DNA from: Chthoniobacterales bacterium
Lineage (GTDB): Bacteria > Verrucomicrobiota > Verrucomicrobiia > Chthoniobacterales > Chthoniobacteraceae
Reading direction: 5' to 3'
DNA: 64,000 nucleotides
Assembly: GCA_038207335.1 (NCBI GenBank)
Contig: JBBQZX010000018.1
Location: 1 to 64,000, forward strand
Made by a program: the position numbers and the translations under genes. Shown piece by piece: positions 58,493 through 64,000 of this stretch. How positions within the stretch are numbered: position 1 is the stretch's first letter; every line of letters starts with the position of its first letter. The notes below the pieces were generated by a model, which was not told the DNA's origin, ran no database searches, and saw only the letters and a list, made by a program, of their open reading frames with translations.

Positions 58493-59494
58493 TCACCGCT
58501 GCACGGGCCACCGCGATGATAGGACAAATTCCACCTTCTCTTCGGGCTTCCGCGCGAGGTGCGCAGCTGTGTCCAGCGTCGCTTCGATCAGCGCGAGTCC
58601 GCGCTGGGGGCCAAGCACGCTCACAGCAGTCGCGAGGCTGTCCGCTGTCGTGCAGTTCGGAGCGAGGATCGTGACGAGGCCGTGATCTGTGAGCCCGAGT
58701 CCGGTGTGCGGATCGACGATGTGCGAGTATCGGACGCCACCGATTTCCACTCGCTGGAAGACATCGCCGCTCGTCGCAATCGCGCTGTTTCTTAAGAACA
58801 CGATCTCCGGCGGCGGCGCGCCGGGGATATCGAGCGGCGCGACTTCGATCCGCCATCCCGGCTGGCCCGGGGGCGCGTCGCCCGCCGCCATGTCGCCGCT
58901 GCCGCCAACCAGCGCGCGCGTGATCCCGCGCTTTCGCAGCACTGCAAGCGCTTCATCGACCGCGAAGCCTTTTGCAATCCCACCGACATCGAGCCGCATT
59001 TCCGGCACGAGCAGTTCTGCCGTGTGCGCTTTCTCATCGAGCCGCAGATTTTTGAAACCGACCCGCGCCCGCATCTCCGCGAGAGTTTCGGCAGCGGGCA
59101 ATTCTTTCGTCCGACGCGCGCGGCGCCAAAGATTCACGAACGGCCCAACCGTGATGTCGAACGCCCCATCCGTCCGCGCTGCGAGCGCCTGCGAGCGTTC
59201 CAGCACGCGCCACAAATCCGTGCTCACCGGCACCGCTTTCCCCTGTCCTGCCGTGCGTGAAAGTCGGCTCAATTCGCTGTCGCTGTCGTAGTCGCTCAGC
59301 ACCGCGTTCAACTCCGCGATCCGCTCAAATGCAGAAACCGCAGCCGATCGCGCGCTCTTCTCATCCTCCGCGAACAGCGTGACGCGGAACGGCAGCCCCA
59401 TCTCCGCCTTCTCAAAAACAAACCGCTCCTCCGCTTCCGCGCGCCATACGCAGAACAGCGCGCTGACGACCGCAAACACGCGCAACACGCTCAC
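58493..59494 (-). CDS. apbE: FAD:protein FMN transferase (ApbE)
   Basis: GAFDITVGP, LDVGGIAKGFAVD, IATSGD, YSHIVDPHTG and ADSLAT motifs; GTG start overlaps the upstream stop. Confidence 0.92.
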   Translation of the reverse strand: MSVLRVFAVVSALFCVWRAEAEERFVFEKAEMGLPFRVTLFAEDEKSARSAAVSAFERIAELNAVLSDYDSDSELSRLSRTAGQGKAVPVSTDLWRVLERSQALAARTDGAFDITVGPFVNLWRRARRTKELPAAETLAEMRARVGFKNLRLDEKAHTAELLVPEMRLDVGGIAKGFAVDEALAVLRKRGITRALVGGSGDMAAGDAPPGQPGWRIEVAPLDIPGAPPPEIVFLRNSAIATSGDVFQRVEIGGVRYSHIVDPHTGLGLTDHGLVTILAPNCTTADSLATAVSVLGPQRGLALIEATLDTAAHLARKPEEKVEFVLSSRWPVQR

Positions 59495-60774
59495 ATTTCG
59501 CGAGCCCACTCCGGCCGCTCGCGGAGGTGATACAACATCTCCCCAGCCTTCGGAACCAGCAGCACGCCCTCGTCCTCGCGGTTCGCAAAATCCGCCGGGT
59601 CGATCGTCGCAGGGTCGCGATAACCGAGATTCACCGCCTCGCATTCCTCGCGCGGGATACCGGTCGCGAGCGTCACGCGGACGCGCAGCTTCTCCACGCC
59701 GTTCTCGTATTTTCCGATCCCCGCGACGTGCGTCGAGTGCGCGAGCGTGCCCCACGGGAAATCTTTGAACTTCTCCCACTGCCCCAAAAAATAGCCGACG
59801 CAGTGATAGCCGACCCGTCGGATGAGGTCGCCGTGCGTGACCGAAATCTCGTGGATGTGCGGCGCGTAGATAATGAGTTCGCCCCCATCCGCGATCACGG
59901 GCTCGAGTTTATACATGCACTTCGCGCCGACCCAGAGTTCGTCATACATCTTCGGAGCGCACGAGAGGACTGTGTGAAACGGGCGCTCTTTATACGTGAT
60001 GTGCAGCCGCCGCGAGAGCTCGGAAGCCTGATCCCATGCGGCTTCCGGGCTGCCGATGAAAAGCCCCGCGAGCTGTCCGGCCTCGACGACCATGCACATG
60101 CACAGCTTCGGGACGGTCACCATTGCACCGACGTGATCGACCACTTTTCTCACGGGCGTCCATTTGTTTCCGATGATCAGCGGGTTCGTGACGATCGCAC
60201 CGAGCCAGTGGAAAAAATTGAGCACTTCCGGCCCGCTCACGCCGGGGAAGAGGTATTTGTTGCCGCCGGAAAAACCGACAACCTCGTGAGGAAAAACCGG
60301 GCCGCAGATCACGAGCTGATCGTAGTCGAAAATACGCGCGTTGATGTTCACCGGCACCTCCATCGCGAAGAGTCCGCCAGTCAGCTCGCGTGTCGTCTCC
60401 TCGCTCAGCGTGCCGATATTTCGCAGAGCGCCGGGGTCGTCCCACGCGTGATTGAAAAATCGGACGCCCGCATATTTCCCACTCCGCTCCTCCGCCGATA
60501 TCTCTAGCCGCGCACAAATCGCCTCGTCGCTCATCGGTTGATGCGTGCCGAGCGCGATCATCACATCGAAGGCTTTCGTGACATGCCCGACCTGATCGAA
60601 AATCCCGGTAAACAGCATCCCCAGCGGGCATGTCCGTGTCGCATCCGGCACGATCAGCAAGATGCGCCGGTCTTTGAAATCCTTTGCCGGACAGGCCTGC
60701 GCGATGAGCTCGCGCGTCTGCTCGGTACTCAGATTCGACCCGTCGGGAGCGGTTTTTGAGATCGTGGGAGCCAT
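59491..60774 (-). CDS. LarA-family (DUF2088) racemase/epimerase
   Basis: VPDATR, ALGTH, NHAW, PHEVVGFSGGNK and FFHW motifs. Confidence 0.88.
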   Translation of the reverse strand: MAPTISKTAPDGSNLSTEQTRELIAQACPAKDFKDRRILLIVPDATRTCPLGMLFTGIFDQVGHVTKAFDVMIALGTHQPMSDEAICARLEISAEERSGKYAGVRFFNHAWDDPGALRNIGTLSEETTRELTGGLFAMEVPVNINARIFDYDQLVICGPVFPHEVVGFSGGNKYLFPGVSGPEVLNFFHWLGAIVTNPLIIGNKWTPVRKVVDHVGAMVTVPKLCMCMVVEAGQLAGLFIGSPEAAWDQASELSRRLHITYKERPFHTVLSCAPKMYDELWVGAKCMYKLEPVIADGGELIIYAPHIHEISVTHGDLIRRVGYHCVGYFLGQWEKFKDFPWGTLAHSTHVAGIGKYENGVEKLRVRVTLATGIPREECEAVNLGYRDPATIDPADFANREDEGVLLVPKAGEMLYHLRERPEWAREM

Positions 60775-60805
60775 GAGAAACTCTAGCTCAGAAGACGGCT
60801 CTTGC

Positions 60806-61615
60806 TCAAATCGTCTGCGATAAAAAGCCGCCATCGACGCGGAGGTCGATGCCGGTGACGAAGCCCGCGGCGCGGCGGCTCGCGAGGAAAATCGCGGCTC
60901 CGACGAGTTCTTTCGCGTCGCCAAAACGCGCCATCGGCGTGTGGCCGAGGATGGATTGCGTGCGCGCGGTCGGGGAGCCGTCGTTGTTGAAGAGCAGTTT
61001 GCGATTTTGCTCGGCGGGGAAAAAGCCGGGGGTCAGCGAGTTCACGCGGACGCCTTTCGTCGCCCACTCGCGCGCAAGGAATTGCGTGAGGCTCAGCACG
61101 GCGGCCTTTGAGGCGGAATAAGTGACGACTCGCGAGAGCGGCAGATGCGCGGAGACGCTCGCGATATTGATGATGCTGCCGAGTCCTCGCGCCGCCATCG
61201 CCGGGCCGAATTCCTGGCATGGCAGCAGCGCACCGCCGACGAGGTTCAGGTCGAAATTCGCGCGCCAATCGTCGGCGGAAATCTGCTCGAACGAGCGCTC
61301 CGCTGTAACCGTGACTTTCGGGTCGTTGCCGCCCGCGGCATTCACCAAGACGGTCGGCGCGCCGAGTTCCGCGGAGATCACCGCGTGCGCTGCGGCGAGA
61401 CTCGCGCGGTCGGTGGAATCCGCGGACACGAACATTGCGCGCCCGCCCGCATCGACGATCGCCTTCGCCCGCGCCGCGCCACGTTCGGCGTTGCGCCCGA
61501 GCACCGCGACGCGCGCGCCCGCGCTCGCGAGGCCCTCGGCAAGCGCGCCGCCGAGGACGCCCGTGGCACCGATGACGACCGCAATTTCATCCGACAAATC
61601 GAAGAGTGAATTCAT
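60806..61615 (-). CDS. SDR oxidoreductase, D-mannonate oxidoreductase-like
   Basis: GATGVLG, LVNAAGGN, PLSRVVTYSASK, PGFFPAEQNR and VDGGF motifs. Confidence 0.88.
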   Translation of the reverse strand: MNSLFDLSDEIAVVIGATGVLGGALAEGLASAGARVAVLGRNAERGAARAKAIVDAGGRAMFVSADSTDRASLAAAHAVISAELGAPTVLVNAAGGNDPKVTVTAERSFEQISADDWRANFDLNLVGGALLPCQEFGPAMAARGLGSIINIASVSAHLPLSRVVTYSASKAAVLSLTQFLAREWATKGVRVNSLTPGFFPAEQNRKLLFNNDGSPTARTQSILGHTPMARFGDAKELVGAAIFLASRRAAGFVTGIDLRVDGGFLSQTI

Positions 61616-61760
61616 ACGGAAACGAGGACAACGGGGGCGGCGCGCGTTGGCAAGAACGCTCGGGTGCTTCGTGAATATGGATTGACAATTCGCGAACCAC
61701 GCTAGCGAGTGTCCTCGCCGGAAACTGGCACCATCCCTTTCGTTTTGAAAATGGGCGCTT

Positions 61761-62747
61761 TCAGCGCTGCACTCGCCCGCCGTGTGTGCCGCGCGCTAGG
61801 GCTTCGACTTCGGAGAGGGAGACGAGATTGAAATCGCCGGGGATCGTGTGTTTGAGCGCGCTCGCGGCCACCGCAAAGTCCAGCGCGGCTTGCGATTTGT
61901 CACCGCGCATCAGCGCGAAAATCAGCGCGCCGGTGAAGCTGTCGCCCGCTCCGACTCGATCGACGATCGCGATGTCGTGCGTCTCGGAAGTGAACGCGCC
62001 GCTTTCATCGAAGAACATCGCGGCCCATTCCGTTTCGCATGCGCGCTCGGCCTTTCGCTGCGTCATCGCGACGCGCGCAATGCCAAATTTCTCGCGCATC
62101 TTCGCTGCGATCTCAGCCTCCGAGGCGCCTTCGATCCCGAGCACGCTTCGCGCTTCCTCTGCGCCGCAGACGCACAAATCGACATGCTCCAACAGCGGCG
62201 CGAGCACCGCGCCGGCCTGCTGCGGCGTCCAGAGTTTCGCCCGATAATTCAGGTCGAAACTCACCGTGAGCCCCGCCCGCCGCGCCGCAGCGCACGCCTC
62301 GCGACTCAGCTCCACGGCTGATTCCGAGAGCGCAGGCGTGATCCCGGACCAATGAAACCAGCGCGCCCCATCGAAGATTTTCTCCCAGTCAAAATCACCC
62401 GCCGACGCCTCGGAAATCGCGCTGTGAGCTCGGTCGTAAATGATCTTCCCCGCGCGCTGACTCGCCCCCTGCTCGAGAAAATAAACACCGATCCGCGACC
62501 CGCCGCGCACGATCCAATCGACCCCCACGCGACAGCGCCGCAGCTCATCCAACGCGCGATCCGCGAGTTCGTTTTCCGGCAGCCGCGTCACAAATCCCGC
62601 GCTCCCGCCGAGCTGCGCGATCATAACCGCGACGTTCGCCTCCGCGCCGCCAAACGTCACCTCGAGCTGCTGCGCCTGCGCAAACCGCTGATGCCCCGGC
62701 GTCGTGAGACGCAGCATGATTTCACCGAAAGCAACAACGTCGGGCAT
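61761..62747 (-). CDS. kdgK: 2-keto-3-deoxygluconate kinase (PfkB family)
   Basis: FGEIMLRL, GGAEANVA, DLNYRAKLW, DRVGAGDSF, LKHTIPGD and GRVQR motifs. Confidence 0.88.
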   Translation of the reverse strand: MPDVVAFGEIMLRLTTPGHQRFAQAQQLEVTFGGAEANVAVMIAQLGGSAGFVTRLPENELADRALDELRRCRVGVDWIVRGGSRIGVYFLEQGASQRAGKIIYDRAHSAISEASAGDFDWEKIFDGARWFHWSGITPALSESAVELSREACAAARRAGLTVSFDLNYRAKLWTPQQAGAVLAPLLEHVDLCVCGAEEARSVLGIEGASEAEIAAKMREKFGIARVAMTQRKAERACETEWAAMFFDESGAFTSETHDIAIVDRVGAGDSFTGALIFALMRGDKSQAALDFAVAASALKHTIPGDFNLVSLSEVEALARGTHGGRVQR

Positions 62748-62846
62748 AGCACCGGAGAATGTGCGATTCGCGCCACCCGCACCAAACGAAAAGCGCCGCC
62801 TCATCGGCGGCGCTGATCGCAATTCAATCTGCGCAGGATCGAGCCG

Positions 62847-63467
62847 CTACTCGGTCGGCAGCTCCTTGATCTCGATCTTCCGGAAGCTCACCGCCCCGTG
62901 ATTTCCCTGCAAAAAGATCGCGCCCGGCTCCTTCACCTTGTTGTCGATCTCACTCCCCGTCGCCACGTCGCATTCGACCGCGTCGTGGATTTTGACGCCG
63001 TTCAAAATCACCGTGATCTTGTTCCCGACGATCGTCGCTTCGCACGTCTGCCACTCGCTTCCCGGCTTCGACACGAACTCCGACGGCGCCTCGAAATTGT
63101 AGATCGCACCGTTGCCGTTCTTCGCGGGCTTGCCAGCCGCGAAGTCGCCGAGGATCTGGAGCTCGTGCCGACCGCGCAGATAGAATCCCGAGTTCGACCC
63201 GTCCGGCACCTGATACTCGTAGCGCACCGTGAAGTTCCAAAACTTCTTGTCCGTCACGAGATCGACGCCGTGCTCGCCGGACTGCAAATCATTGTGTAGC
63301 ACGCCGCCGTCTTCGATCTTCCACGCGCTGTGCCCATTCTCTTCGCGGAGATGCCAGCCGGCCAGGTTTTTGCCGTTGAAAAGCGGCACGAACCCGGCAT
63401 CCGAATCCGCCGCGAAAGCCGCGGACGCAGCGCCGATGAGTACGAGGAAAAGTGAAAGCAATCTCAT
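62847..63467 (-). CDS. DUF1080 family protein
   Basis: LFNGKNLAGW, NSGFYLRGRHELQI and IFLQGNHG motifs. Confidence 0.9.
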   Translation of the reverse strand: MRLLSLFLVLIGAASAAFAADSDAGFVPLFNGKNLAGWHLREENGHSAWKIEDGGVLHNDLQSGEHGVDLVTDKKFWNFTVRYEYQVPDGSNSGFYLRGRHELQILGDFAAGKPAKNGNGAIYNFEAPSEFVSKPGSEWQTCEATIVGNKITVILNGVKIHDAVECDVATGSEIDNKVKEPGAIFLQGNHGAVSFRKIEIKELPTE

Positions 63468-63492
63468 AGGTATGAGTCGTAAATGACGCGCG

Positions 63493-64000
63493 TCACTTCA
63501 CGTTCGGATTTGGTGCCGAGCTGCCGTCGGCGAGCCCGAGCGCCCATTTGATTCCGCCCAAAATGTGCGCCTGATACTGCTTGCTCATCTCCACGGAATT
63601 CTTCCGATCTTTCAAATCCGCGCTGTCATCCCACAGATCCTCGCGATGCCCGAGCGACGTGTAGAAAACGCGCCCTTTTTCCGCCATGCGGCACCACGAA
63701 ACCGGAAAGAAAACCTCTTTCGTCACCTCATTCGGATCGTGGCGCATGAACCAAATCGCATGCACCTTCGACGAATCCTGACGCTTGATGTGATACATCT
63801 CCTCCTGCACCAAGTCCCATTTCGCGCCGATCCCACCATTCGCCGGATGCGACTCATCGCCCGCGATCAAATTCGCCGGCACTTGCGCGCCATGCCCGCC
63901 AAATTCGCCCTGCAGCATATCGAGATATCCGGGAAATCCGTGAAAAGTATCGCTCGCCGAGTGCATCCCCATGAACGCGTGCCCATCCTCGATCCATTTG
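63493..64000 (-). CDS. ThuA-like domain protein (3' part; start outside the window)
   Basis: FMGMHSASDT, GEFGGH, GRVFYTSLGH and HILGGIKWA motifs; frame is open to the window edge. Confidence 0.88.
   Translation of the reverse strand, partial: KWIEDGHAFMGMHSASDTFHGFPGYLDMLQGEFGGHGAQVPANLIAGDESHPANGGIGAKWDLVQEEMYHIKRQDSSKVHAIWFMRHDPNEVTKEVFFPVSWCRMAEKGRVFYTSLGHREDLWDDSADLKDRKNSVEMSKQYQAHILGGIKWALGLADGSSAPNPNVK

Noticed and set aside
61682..61715. Perfect TTGACA on the plus strand pointing antisense into kdgK
   Set aside because: No properly spaced -10 and no plausible downstream gene; unsupported without TSS data.
225..63486. Many long overlapping alternative-frame and antisense ORFs in the track
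   Set aside because: Arg/Ala/Pro-rich shadow ORFs expected in high-GC DNA; they overlap well-supported genes.

Overview
A GC-rich, densely coding 64 kb chromosomal segment. Gene content suggests a Verrucomicrobiota (probably Chthoniobacterales-like) bacterium; this is inferred from two PEP-CTERM proteins, DUF1080 proteins, a PVC-type CxxCH haem protein and a CotH/lamin-tail protein. Housekeeping genes include sucA (partial), infC, ispH, psd-pssA, cls, gltX and rho. Accessory modules: (1) an ATPase-less Zn/Mn-type uptake operon led by a His-rich small ORF ending in a RAPP-like 'HAPP' motif; (2) a rearranged dltD-dltC-dltX-dltA D-alanylation cluster in a diderm, with no dltB nearby, flanked by a divergent glycosyltransferase-like gene and a secreted Cys/His/Asp protein; (3) a small Fe-S assembly cluster (CxxC/pseudo-rhodanese, IscU, HhH protein, SufT); (4) a Ku-LigD/YciF/cls stress cluster; (5) a PEP-CTERM plus binding-protein-like operon; (6) an FMN-binding/Fe-S membrane protein, a secreted FAD oxidoreductase and ApbE; (7) a kinase-less relative of PVC membrane Ser/Thr kinases; (8) a KdgK/SDR/LarA-like sugar-acid operon. 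Several REP/MITE-like palindromes and short tandem repeats are present. I saw no rRNA, convincing tRNA, CRISPR array, transposase or prophage. All calls come from reading motifs by eye; no database searches were run.
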